From Fimbriimonadia bacterium (lineage in GTDB: Bacteria; Armatimonadota; Fimbriimonadia; Fimbriimonadales; JABRVX01): a stretch of 64,000 nucleotides of DNA. The DNA is taken from contig JBGPGO010000018.1 of NCBI GenBank assembly GCA_041483895.1, forward strand, positions 1-64,000, written 5' to 3'. The notes beneath the pieces are model-generated. The model saw only the letters and a program-made list of their open reading frames with translations, had not been told where the DNA came from and did not search any database. Shown piece by piece: positions 49,732 through 59,109 of this stretch; positions within the stretch are counted from its first letter, which is position 1, and every line of letters starts with the position of its first letter. A program made the translations under genes and the position numbers.

Positions 49732-50487
49732 CTAGCCGCCGGAGCCGCCGGTTGTGCCACCGGAGCCGCTACCCTCTTTCGGCTTATCGGTGCCGTCAGC
49801 CGGCTTGCCGTCCTTATCCTTGGCGGCTTTATCTTTGGCAGCCTTATCCTTCTTTTCCTTCTCGTCGTCCATCTGCTTGATGGCCTTCACGATAACATCG
49901 TGCTTCTTGCCCTTGCCGAAGATGGTGAGGCACTGCTCCATCAACTTGCGATTGAGCTTGGCCTTCGCCTCATCCTTCTCGGTTCTCGAGAGGTTTGGGT
50001 TGCTCTCGATGTTCTGAATGTCTTTTCGGGCCTGCTCCGCAGCAGTGGCAAGGTTGGCGGCCTCGTCCGACGTGATTTCGGTTTCCGCCCTCCTATCGAG
50101 CTCCTTTTTGTACAGTTCGTACTGCTCCTTCGTCATCACCTCTTTGATCTTGACCCGATAGTCTTCCTTGCTCTGGATCTGAACGTCGAAGTATTCCTTC
50201 TTGGTAACCTTCTTCGGATCCACCGCCGCGTTCGCCTTTTCCATCTTGTCATAGGCTACTTGGAGCTGCTTCATCTGGTCTTCTGTCAGTTTGTATTTTC
50301 GCTCAAGCGCCTTGGGGTTTTCCCAGTCCCCAGAGCCCGGAGTCGCGCCAACGTTCAAATTCGGCTTCACAACCTTACCCGGCTGGGTGGCCGGCTGGCC
50401 TTTACCAGGGTCCTGGGGTTGGGTTGTCTGTGAAAAACCGGCTGTCATAACGCCAAGCACGGCCAAAATCGTAATAATCTTCTTCAC
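49732..50487 (-). CDS. Secreted helical hypothetical protein, paralog 1 (LTxxQ-like)
   Basis: GTG start after AAGGAGG; signal peptide; KLTEDQMKQL and MTKEQYELY motifs. Confidence 0.75.
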   Translation of the reverse strand: MKKIITILAVLGVMTAGFSQTTQPQDPGKGQPATQPGKVVKPNLNVGATPGSGDWENPKALERKYKLTEDQMKQLQVAYDKMEKANAAVDPKKVTKKEYFDVQIQSKEDYRVKIKEVMTKEQYELYKKELDRRAETEITSDEAANLATAAEQARKDIQNIESNPNLSRTEKDEAKAKLNRKLMEQCLTIFGKGKKHDVIVKAIKQMDDEKEKKDKAAKDKAAKDKDGKPADGTDKPKEGSGSGGTTGGSGG

Positions 50488-50523
50488 TGTCTTCCTCCTT
50501 TTGGAAGCCACCCGCCCCGGTTT

Positions 50524-51123
50524 CTACTTGCCTGGGCCGGACTCGCCTGCGTACTTAGATGTTTCCACTCCGGTAGACCGTAACACACAATCTAGGAGAT
50601 AAACCGGTAGACCTACCACGTTATTATAACACCCATCTAGGCGCGCGACGAAACTTGCCGCTCCACCTTGTATACCATACGCTCCAGCCTTATCAAAAGG
50701 TTCTCCCGATTTGACATATTCCCCAATTTCTTGGTTCCCCAGATTCCGGAATGTTACGAGGGTGGTCTCACAGGCCCGTATCGTGACCGTAGGGGTGACG
50801 ACCGCGATGCCGGTAATCACCCTGTGCGTTTTGCCGGACAGAGCCCGAAGCATCCCCGCCGCATCTCCCGGATTCACCGGCTTGCCGAGGATGCGTCGCC
50901 CCAGAACAACCAACGTATCCGCGCCGATAACGATCGCATCGGGGAACCGGAACGCGACCGAATTTGCCTTTTCATGGGCCAGGCGCCGTGCCGTCAGACA
51001 CGGGTTCCAAGTGCCCAAAGAAGTCGCTTCGTCGATCTTGCTCGGACAGATTTCAAAGGCGGGGACAATCAGTCGGAGCAGCTCTTGGCGCCGTGGGGAG
51101 GCCGACGCTAGCACGATTCTCAC
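50524..51123 (-). CDS. maf: Maf family nucleoside triphosphate pyrophosphatase
   Basis: LASASPRRQELL, GADT, DKAGAYGIQG, NVVGLP. Confidence 0.95.
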   Translation of the reverse strand: MRIVLASASPRRQELLRLIVPAFEICPSKIDEATSLGTWNPCLTARRLAHEKANSVAFRFPDAIVIGADTLVVLGRRILGKPVNPGDAAGMLRALSGKTHRVITGIAVVTPTVTIRACETTLVTFRNLGNQEIGEYVKSGEPFDKAGAYGIQGGAASFVARLDGCYNNVVGLPVYLLDCVLRSTGVETSKYAGESGPGK

Positions 51124-51130
51124 CGGCAGG

Positions 51131-52546
51131 CTAGTCGCCGGCCTGTCCCGCGTTCAGGAACACGATGGCGAGATCATAGAGATCGACCCTGCCACTGTGA
51201 TCGAGATCGCCTTCGCTGTCGGTCTCCGCAAAGTGGATCAGGATCTCATTGATGTCGAGAAGGTCCACCATGTTATCGTGGTTTGCATCGCCGTTGACAA
51301 GTTCAAAATCCATATTAAGGGGACCACCGGTCAAATCGACATTGTTGACGGTTTGGCGAAGCCAGCCGTCGAACCGCACCGACAGTTTGTACTGTCCCGG
51401 TAGAACGGGGACCGGTTCATATTGGCCGTCCGCCCCAACAGTCACGATCGCCCGGTTTACGAGTTCGTCGGTGTCTGGACGGCGGAAACTCAGGTATCCG
51501 GAGGCTTGGCTCGTCGGCCTCAGGAAGTCCAACGTGAAGTTCCCACCGAAAGGAGTTCCAAGTCCCGAATTGCGAACGACGAAGTTGACCTCGTCGCTGC
51601 CGACGTTGCCGCACTGATCGCTGGCCTCCACGCGGAACGTGTGCACTCCATCCGCCAGAACCAGCGTGTCGATTGCCTGCTCCACGTCGTCTGGACCCAG
51701 AGTTGCGAAGAGAGCGCCATCGAGCACAACCTGGCATTGCACAAGAGACACAAGATCGGGGTCGTTATTCACCGACCATCGGATGGCGCCGGTTCCTTGC
51801 AAATATGTCGTTGGCTTTTCGATAGTGACGATGGGAGGCGTCCGATCTACGACGAAATCCACCTGGCGTATTCCCGCGTTCGCGCCGGTTGAGCAGCCAT
51901 CGCCACTTGAACCACCCGCCGCATCGTATGCGACCAAAAGGATGTTGTGGTAGCCGTCGACCAGGTCGGCCACTTTAATCGTGCGATGTACCGACGCGGT
52001 ATTTGAACTGCCGCCACCGCTGGCCACGCGATGACCGTCAATGATGAGTCGCCACAGCGCGACTCCGCTCACGTCGCTCATTGTAGCGTCCACCGAAATC
52101 ACATTATCCAGCTTGCCGAAGCACTGTTGGTCGGGCGAGATGGTGAGGTTCATGGCGGGTCCGAACGTATCGATTGTGATCGCCACTGACCTACTGTACT
52201 TCTCCTGGTTCTGCTCATCGCAGACCGAGACGGTCAAAATCGCGGCGCCGTTGGGAAAAACCTGTGGGTAGCACAAATTCAAACATTCCGACCACTGACC
52301 TTGTCCCGCTCCCGGTTGGATGGTCGGCCCTTGCAGTCCGACGGAAAAACCGGAGTCGAGATTCATAAGGGTAAGGCTCAACTGGTCCCCCGGCTCGAGG
52401 CCCGCATACCGCGCGATCAATTGCGTTCGGCAGGATACGTTGGCGGATGGCAACGGGGAATCGATGTCAATGGAACGGGAGGCATGGGCGTCAGCGACCG
52501 CAATCAGCCCTACAATCACTGCAATCGCACGCCGCCCGAACTCCAT
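51131..52546 (-). CDS. Secreted Ig-like repeat protein with C-terminal dockerin-like domain
   Basis: Signal peptide; DT..P / LADG.H...AxD..GN Ig-like repeats; GDANHDNMVDLLDI...GDLDHSGRVDLYDL. Confidence 0.75.
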   Translation of the reverse strand: MEFGRRAIAVIVGLIAVADAHASRSIDIDSPLPSANVSCRTQLIARYAGLEPGDQLSLTLMNLDSGFSVGLQGPTIQPGAGQGQWSECLNLCYPQVFPNGAAILTVSVCDEQNQEKYSRSVAITIDTFGPAMNLTISPDQQCFGKLDNVISVDATMSDVSGVALWRLIIDGHRVASGGGSSNTASVHRTIKVADLVDGYHNILLVAYDAAGGSSGDGCSTGANAGIRQVDFVVDRTPPIVTIEKPTTYLQGTGAIRWSVNNDPDLVSLVQCQVVLDGALFATLGPDDVEQAIDTLVLADGVHTFRVEASDQCGNVGSDEVNFVVRNSGLGTPFGGNFTLDFLRPTSQASGYLSFRRPDTDELVNRAIVTVGADGQYEPVPVLPGQYKLSVRFDGWLRQTVNNVDLTGGPLNMDFELVNGDANHDNMVDLLDINEILIHFAETDSEGDLDHSGRVDLYDLAIVFLNAGQAGD

Positions 52547-52669
52547 AAACTCTCCCCTACAAATAGAGACCACCGAAGGTGGCTGAAGATATTATGCCCC
52601 AGAAATCCAATTTTGGCAGGGAAATTTGCTATCCCGTGGAAGATTTCGACCTGATCGAGGAGGATTCTT

Positions 52670-55057
52670 ATGTTCTTTGCCCTACTTTCCCCGTTCGCTG
52701 TCGTCGATCCCATAACGATTGAGATCCCCGCCAACTCGCCGCCGGTCGCATGGGCGGCATCGGAGCTGCAAAGGCAAGTCCAGGAAGCGAAAGGTCAGGG
52801 CGTCATCGTCCGTAGGCCCGATTTGAACCATCTTTTTGCCATCCGAACAAAGGGGGATCGGACGGCAATCACCGGACCCGGCGAGCGCATCGACACGCCC
52901 GAATCCTACCGGCTCATACCGACGCCGAACGGAATGCGCGGTGTTTTTTCCGACGACACGGGTGGAATGTACGCTCTTCTGGACCTGGCGGAGCGAGTCG
53001 ATGAAAAGGGGCTGAAGGGCCTAGAGATAAAGGTACCGGATGAGCACAAGTCGGCCATCGAGTTCCGCGGCGTCAATCCGTTCCTCAGCATCCCGATGGC
53101 GGATAAAGATGGCAATCGGGATTGGGACCATTGGTGGTTCACCGACGAGAACTATTGGAAAGGGTATTTGGACCTACTCGCCAAGTCTCGCATCAACTGG
53201 ATCGATATGCACGCGATGTTCGATCTGCAGGTAACCAGCTTTCCGAACGCGTGGGTCTACTTTGTGATGAGCGAAAAGTACCCGGACGTTGGCGTGCCGC
53301 CGGAACAGGCCCGAAAAAATCTGGCCATGCTGGAGAAGGTGTGCATGATGGCGAAGGACCGCGGCATCCGTTTCGCCCTCATGAACTACACGGGCGGCTG
53401 GAACTGGCCCGGCGCCCGCAAGGTCCCTGAACGTCCGGTCGCCGACTTCATCGAGTACTCCAAAGAGGGGCTAAAGCAGATTGTAAAGGGCTGCCCGGAC
53501 CTGGCGATGATTGGGTTCCGGATCGGGGAATCCGGCTATGGCGAAGATTTCTATGCCAAAAGCTACCTGGCGGGACTAGACGAGTTGGGCCGTCCCCTGC
53601 CGCTCTACACTCGCACGTGGGGCGCCAACAAGAACAAGCTGATGGAGCTTGGCGGCATGTACCCGGACAAGTTCATCATCGAAATCAAATACAACGGGGA
53701 GCAGATGGGCCCGCCCTGGCACCTGGCCGGCGGACGGATGGCCGGATGGCGGGACTATTCGTATCAGAACTATCTGTTCTATCCCCGGGCCTACAAGGTG
53801 ATCTGGCAGATTCGGGCGAACGGCACCAATCGGGTGTTCCAATGGGCCAACTTCGCGCACATCCGGGAGTGCGTCAAGACGACGAACCTGGCCGATTCGA
53901 TTGGATTCTGCGTGGAACCGATGAGCACCTACTATCCCCTGACCGACTTCCTGCACAAAAAGCCGCTGTATCGCTGGGAGTATGAGCGCAGCCCGCTTTG
54001 GTATCTGATGTGGGGACGGCTGGCCTACGACCCCGCGACTCCGGAAACCGTTTTCCGCCACGCTGCCAAAGAGCATTGGGGCGCGAAAAATGGCGACAAG
54101 GCGTACGACCTGCTCCAATCCATGAGCCGCATCGTGCCGACCGCCAAGACCCAGTATTCCCTTGGTCCCGACCATCGCGACCACGCGCCGGAGCTCGAAT
54201 GGGGCGGCTCGATTGCTCAGTGGGCCAACGGCCTGCCGTTCGATACATTCTTCGCGATGGGGCCGGCGGAGTACGCGCGGGAGATGCTGAGCGGCAACGT
54301 CACGGGCCGGAGAACCCCATTGCAGGCGGCGGCGCTGCTTCGAGGCTACGACAAGGCGACACGGCAGAAGGAAGCCGCGCTCCCCGGCGGCAGCGACGCC
54401 CTGGACGATCTGAAGATGGACGCGAAGATGCTGGCCGACCTCGGCGACTACTATGCGGACCGGCTGGAGGCGGCCACCCAATACGCGATGGCCGAGGAAT
54501 CCGGCGACCAGACGGCGATGGAGTCGGCCAAGAAGCTGACAAAGGCCTCCGAGCATGCTTGGAAGACGCTGGCGGACCTGGGGGACGAGACGCACAAACC
54601 GTTCCTGGACCGCCTCCGGATGCACGTAGAAGACTATCTCTGGTCGAATTCGACAAGGAACTTTGCTCAGGATGACAAGGATTTCCGGACTATGCTGGTC
54701 AGCGACTATGTGACCAAACCGGTCACCAAGCCACTTTCCGACAGCAGCCAATTGCGCATTACTATCGAACCGATCGTTATGGAACTCGGCGCCTGCGGAA
54801 TCCGAGCTAAGGTTAGTGGACTGAAGGCGAACGAGCGCATTCGAGCCGTCAATCTCCTATGGAAACCGTTCCGCTCCGAGGTCGGTTGGAGCCGAATTCC
54901 CATGGACCCTGCAGGAGATGGTTGGGCCGGATCCGGGAAGATTTCTCCCGAAGGCGCCATGTATGGAGTGGAAGTTATCACCAATCAAAGCGCCACTATT
55001 GCAAGGGTTGACGGAGTCCGACCTTACGGCGTCATTGATCCTTGGAAAGCAAAATAA
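52670..55057 (+). CDS. Large putative glycoside hydrolase (GH20/GH67-like N-terminal domain)
   Basis: PESYRL...GGMYALLDLAE..IEFRG pattern; 795 aa; GAGGAGG RBS; family uncertain. Confidence 0.55.
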   Translation: MFFALLSPFAVVDPITIEIPANSPPVAWAASELQRQVQEAKGQGVIVRRPDLNHLFAIRTKGDRTAITGPGERIDTPESYRLIPTPNGMRGVFSDDTGGMYALLDLAERVDEKGLKGLEIKVPDEHKSAIEFRGVNPFLSIPMADKDGNRDWDHWWFTDENYWKGYLDLLAKSRINWIDMHAMFDLQVTSFPNAWVYFVMSEKYPDVGVPPEQARKNLAMLEKVCMMAKDRGIRFALMNYTGGWNWPGARKVPERPVADFIEYSKEGLKQIVKGCPDLAMIGFRIGESGYGEDFYAKSYLAGLDELGRPLPLYTRTWGANKNKLMELGGMYPDKFIIEIKYNGEQMGPPWHLAGGRMAGWRDYSYQNYLFYPRAYKVIWQIRANGTNRVFQWANFAHIRECVKTTNLADSIGFCVEPMSTYYPLTDFLHKKPLYRWEYERSPLWYLMWGRLAYDPATPETVFRHAAKEHWGAKNGDKAYDLLQSMSRIVPTAKTQYSLGPDHRDHAPELEWGGSIAQWANGLPFDTFFAMGPAEYAREMLSGNVTGRRTPLQAAALLRGYDKATRQKEAALPGGSDALDDLKMDAKMLADLGDYYADRLEAATQYAMAEESGDQTAMESAKKLTKASEHAWKTLADLGDETHKPFLDRLRMHVEDYLWSNSTRNFAQDDKDFRTMLVSDYVTKPVTKPLSDSSQLRITIEPIVMELGACGIRAKVSGLKANERIRAVNLLWKPFRSEVGWSRIPMDPAGDGWAGSGKISPEGAMYGVEVITNQSATIARVDGVRPYGVIDPWKAK

Positions 55058-55072
55058 AAGCAAATCAAACGG

Positions 55073-55105
55073 ACGGCGCGCCTCTCCAAGGGAGGGGCGC
55101 GCCGT
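55073..55105. terminator. Rho-independent terminator-like hairpin
   Basis: ACGGCGCGCCTCTCC-AAG-GGAGGGGCGCGCCGT with A/T-rich flanks. Confidence 0.75.
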
Positions 55106-55352
55106 TTCGTACGCTAACGATGAGCAAAGCGGGCGTCCGGCAATGCGAGCGCCGGCCAACGTTATTCACATCGCCGGACGCCGTCCGGTTAGATCTTGCG
55201 GTACTCATCACAGGTGGCCCGTCCGATTGGCAGCCACTCTCCGGCGGTCTGCTCTGTAACTAGGAAGACTCACGAACTATCGAAATCTATGCACCCGTGT
55301 GGAAAAAAAGATTCCAAGCGATGTCGAAAGGAGTCTAGAATATAGTGTCCAA

Positions 55353-55400
55353 CCACGAAATGTAGTGCCCGCTCCGGCGGCCCTCCACTAGATTTGCAAT
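55353..55400. promoter_or_regulatory. Tandem NrdR-box-like sites upstream of dnaE
   Basis: CCACGAAATGTAGTGC (11/16 to ACACWATATATWGTGT) and CCACTAGATTTGCAAT (9/16), starts 32 bp apart. Confidence 0.5.
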
Positions 55401-55424
55401 TGGGTTCCACGGAAGGGGATCGGC

Positions 55425-58400
55425 TTGTCGTTCGCTCATCTGCACGTCCATACGGAATATAGCCTGCTCGACGGGGCCAACCGAATTCAGGACCTTGTCC
55501 GGACCGCTGCCGATATGGGGATGCCGGCGCTGGCTATCAGCGACCACGGCGTGATGTTCGGAGTGATCGACTTCTACAACGCCTGCAAAGAGCATGGCAT
55601 CAACCCGATCATCGGGGTAGAGGCCTATGTGGCGCCCGGCGGACTGCGAAATAAGTCCGGCGCGTTGGCGCAAAAGCGATACCACCTGCTCATGCTCGCG
55701 AAAGACATCACGGGTTACAAGAACCTGATGAAGCTTTCGACAATCGCGGCCATCGAGGGCTTCTACTACAAACCTCGCGTGGACAAAATGCTGCTGGCCG
55801 AGCACGCCGAGGGTCTGATCGCCACCACGTCTTGCCTCGCCAGCGAGGTCTGCTCGCTCTTGATGCAAGAGGGCTACGAGGCGGGCAAAAACGCCTGCGC
55901 CGAGTACCGCGACATTTTTGGACAGGACAACTTCTACATCGAGCTCCAGAACCATCTGCTTCCCGAGCAGCAGCAGGTCAATGAGCATCTTATCCGCATG
56001 TCCCAAGAGCTGAAGCTGCCGGTCATCGCGACGAACGATGTCCACTATCTGCGCCGAGAGGACGCCGGCTCGCACGACGTAATGCTCTGCATTCAGACCG
56101 GGGCGACGGTGGTAGACGAGAACCGGCTGAAGTTCAGCACCGAGGAGTTCTATCTCAAGTCTCCACGCGAGATGGCGGAGCTGTTCAAGGACCACCCTGC
56201 CTCCCTGGAGCAGACCCTGGAAATCGCCGACCGCTGCAAGCTGGAATTGGATTTCGATCGCCTTCAGCTCCCCACGCCGGAACTGCCGGAGGGAAAGACG
56301 GCATTGGAGCATGTCGAATCGCTGTGCCGGGAACGGATGCGCGAGATGTTCCCTTCCGGCGACGACACGCACGAACAGCGGCTGCGATACGAACTCGGCG
56401 TCATCGAAAAGACGGGATTCACAGACTATTTCCTCATCGTCCGGGACTTTTCCAACTTCGCCAAGGAGCAGGGGATCTATTACGGCGTCCGCGGGTCGGC
56501 GGCTGGGAGCCTGGTCAGCTACCTGCTCGGCATCACGGAGTTGGACCCGGTGGCGTGCGGCCTCACCTTCGAACGGTTCCTCAACCCGGAGCGCATCTCC
56601 ATGCCCGATATCGACATGGATTTCGAGGACGAGCGGCGGGAGGAAGTGATTGACTATGTAGTCAAAAAGTACGGCAAGGATCATGTCGCGCAGATCATCA
56701 CCTTCGGCACGATGGCGGCGCGGGCGTCCATCCGTGATGCGGGCCGGGCGCTGGGCGTACCGCTTCCCGACGTGGACCGCGTTGCCAAGCTGATCCCCTC
56801 CCTGCCGGTCGGCATCACGATCGAGCAAGCCCTGCAGGAAAGCTCCGACCTCAAAAGCCTCTACCAGCAAGGCGGGCCTCTGCAGAAGCTGATCGATACG
56901 GCGCAAAGCATCGAGGGAATGGCCCGGAACGCCAGCACCCACGCGGCAGGCGTCGTCATCTCCCGCGATCCGCTGGTGGAAAACGTCCCGCTCAGCAAAG
57001 GCGGCAACGACGAAGTTGTGACCCAGTATCCGATGGCCGCGCTCGACCAGATCGGCCTGCTGAAGATGGACTTCTTGGGTCTCTCCAACCTGACAGTGCT
57101 GGCAAAAGCTCTGCGAAACATCGAGAAGCCGCTGAAGGTCGAAGACTTCCCGCTGGACGACAAGAAGACTTACGACATGCTGACCCGCGGCGAGACGGTG
57201 GGAGTGTTCCAATTGGAAAGCGGCGGGATGCGGCGGGCGATCATGGAACTGAAGCCCAACTGCGTGGATGATCTGGTCGCGTTGGTCGCGCTTTACCGGC
57301 CCGGTCCGATGGCGCAGATACCGAAGTATGCGGCCGGAAAGCACGGGGCCACGGTCGCCTACCTTCATCCGGTATTGGAAGAGGTGCTGCGGCCCACGTA
57401 CGGCGTGATCGTCTATCAGGACCAGGTACTGCAAATCGTGCAGGCCGTCGCAGGCTTCACGCTCGGCGAAGCGGACGTTTTGCGGCGCGCGATGGGAAAG
57501 AAAAAGGCCAGCGACATGGACAAGATGCGCGCCAAATACTTTGAAGGCGCGGCCAAGAACGGCATCGACGAAAAAAAGGCGAACGAGATTTGGGAGCTGA
57601 TCGTTCCCTTCGCCGGCTATGCCTTCAACAAGGCCCACGCGTATTGCTATGCGATGATCGCCTACCGGACCGCTTATCTCAAAGCCAACCATCCCGTGGA
57701 ATACATGTCCGCGCTGCTCGCGGTCTATCTCGATTCGCAGGACAAGGTGACCTCCTGTATCGAAGAGTGCCGGCGGCTTGGCGTGGAGGTTCGCCCGCCG
57801 GACGTGAATTTCTCGGGCATTGACTTTATCGTCGAAACAGGCGCGGTCCGTTTCGGTCTCGCTGCGATCAAGGGGGTCGGCGGGGCGGCGGTCGAGACGA
57901 TGTTCAAAGCGAGGGAAGAAGGGCCGTTCGAGAACGTTTTCGACTTTGCGGCGCGAGTGCGGGCGGTGGGAACTTGCAACAAGGCCACGCTGGAGTCTTT
58001 GATCAAGGCCGGGGCGTTCGACGCGATGCACGGCAATCGAAACCAACTGCTTGCGAACATGGCGCTGATCCTGGGCCACGCCGACAAGCTGCACCGGGAC
58101 AAGCTGGCGGGGCAGGAGGCGCTGTTCGGCGAGAACGGGCGGCAGCGGCAGAGCGAGACGCCCATCATGACCGACGCCGAAGACCTAAGCCGCCTGGACA
58201 AGCTGAATTTGGAAAAAGAGGTTCTTGGGATATACGTCTCCGACCATCCGCTGCGATCGGTGGCGCATGTGATGGACGAGGTTGCCACCTGCACCGCGGC
58301 CAACTTCGCCGAGCTTGACGACGGCGCACCTGTGACGGTGGCCGGCGTGATCTCCGATTTGCGGCGCTTCCGCACCAAGACCAAGAACGAGGAGATGGCG

Positions 58401-58832
58401 ACCGCCACTCTGGAAGACATGTCTGGAACGGTTCGTATGGCCGTTTTCCCCGCCATCTTGGAGAAATTCGGTTCGCTTCTTTCTCGCGGCGCCGTGCTGG
58501 CGGTTCGGGGGAAGGCGATGCACCGGGAGCGTCCCGGCTCCAACCAGCGGGAGGTCGAACTGCGGGTGGAGTTCATGGAGCCACTTGTTCCGGGCGAGGC
58601 CGATGCCGCGGGGCCATCGCTGACGCTTCAGCTCCATCACGCGACGCGGGAGCAGTTGCGGGAACTGATCGAGGACATGAGGCGCCATCCGGGCGAATGC
58701 CGCGTCCTGGTGCACGTCCAAAATAACGGCCACTCTTCGATGTTCCGACTGAAAGACTACGTCGATCCGGAGCCCGCCCTCCTTGACCGCCTGCGTTCGG
58801 TATTGGGACCTAAGGCGGTTCGGATTCAATAA
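55425..58832 (+). CDS. dnaE: DNA polymerase III subunit alpha
   Basis: HLHVHTEYSLLDG PHP domain, RGSAAGS, PDIDMDF, KMDFLGL, YAFNKAH, OB fold. Confidence 0.97.
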   Translation: MSFAHLHVHTEYSLLDGANRIQDLVRTAADMGMPALAISDHGVMFGVIDFYNACKEHGINPIIGVEAYVAPGGLRNKSGALAQKRYHLLMLAKDITGYKNLMKLSTIAAIEGFYYKPRVDKMLLAEHAEGLIATTSCLASEVCSLLMQEGYEAGKNACAEYRDIFGQDNFYIELQNHLLPEQQQVNEHLIRMSQELKLPVIATNDVHYLRREDAGSHDVMLCIQTGATVVDENRLKFSTEEFYLKSPREMAELFKDHPASLEQTLEIADRCKLELDFDRLQLPTPELPEGKTALEHVESLCRERMREMFPSGDDTHEQRLRYELGVIEKTGFTDYFLIVRDFSNFAKEQGIYYGVRGSAAGSLVSYLLGITELDPVACGLTFERFLNPERISMPDIDMDFEDERREEVIDYVVKKYGKDHVAQIITFGTMAARASIRDAGRALGVPLPDVDRVAKLIPSLPVGITIEQALQESSDLKSLYQQGGPLQKLIDTAQSIEGMARNASTHAAGVVISRDPLVENVPLSKGGNDEVVTQYPMAALDQIGLLKMDFLGLSNLTVLAKALRNIEKPLKVEDFPLDDKKTYDMLTRGETVGVFQLESGGMRRAIMELKPNCVDDLVALVALYRPGPMAQIPKYAAGKHGATVAYLHPVLEEVLRPTYGVIVYQDQVLQIVQAVAGFTLGEADVLRRAMGKKKASDMDKMRAKYFEGAAKNGIDEKKANEIWELIVPFAGYAFNKAHAYCYAMIAYRTAYLKANHPVEYMSALLAVYLDSQDKVTSCIEECRRLGVEVRPPDVNFSGIDFIVETGAVRFGLAAIKGVGGAAVETMFKAREEGPFENVFDFAARVRAVGTCNKATLESLIKAGAFDAMHGNRNQLLANMALILGHADKLHRDKLAGQEALFGENGRQRQSETPIMTDAEDLSRLDKLNLEKEVLGIYVSDHPLRSVAHVMDEVATCTAANFAELDDGAPVTVAGVISDLRRFRTKTKNEEMATATLEDMSGTVRMAVFPAILEKFGSLLSRGAVLAVRGKAMHRERPGSNQREVELRVEFMEPLVPGEADAAGPSLTLQLHHATREQLRELIEDMRRHPGECRVLVHVQNNGHSSMFRLKDYVDPEPALLDRLRSVLGPKAVRIQ

Positions 58833-58837
58833 ATCCG

Positions 58838-59078
58838 GTAGCCGCGGTTCCTCGTTCCGACAAGTTATCAATATCCGACCACAAGAACCGCGTGGGAGGG
58901 GCGAAATTGACGATCTCCATCCTTGTAGTCAAATTAGACGGGATTACGCAGTTCTTGTGGTCGTCGATTCGACCTGTTATCGCAATGAGGAACTGCGGCT
59001 ACTTTGATTTGCCTGGGAATTGCGCAGTTCTTGTGGTCGTCGATTCGACCTCGTATCGCAATGAGGAACTGCGGCTAC
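58838..59078. repeat. GTAG...CTAC REPIN-like element, copy 2, with duplicated right arm
   Basis: 165-bp unit 58838-59002; right arm repeated at 59023-59078. Confidence 0.85.
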
Positions 59079-59109
59079 TTTCATCGGGTAAAAACCCCGA
59101 CACAAAAAC

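Noticed and set aside
55335..58094. 919-aa antisense ORF over dnaE (and the 696-aa one over topA at 59185-61275)
   Set aside because: Shadow ORFs expected from GC-rich codon bias; no recognisable motifs.
41786..58832. Inteins in RecA or DnaE
   Set aside because: Both proteins have normal length and uninterrupted motifs.
58948..59078. Possible CRISPR repeat pair
   Set aside because: Only two ~56-bp direct copies plus an inverted arm with GTAG/CTAC ends; REPIN-like, not CRISPR.
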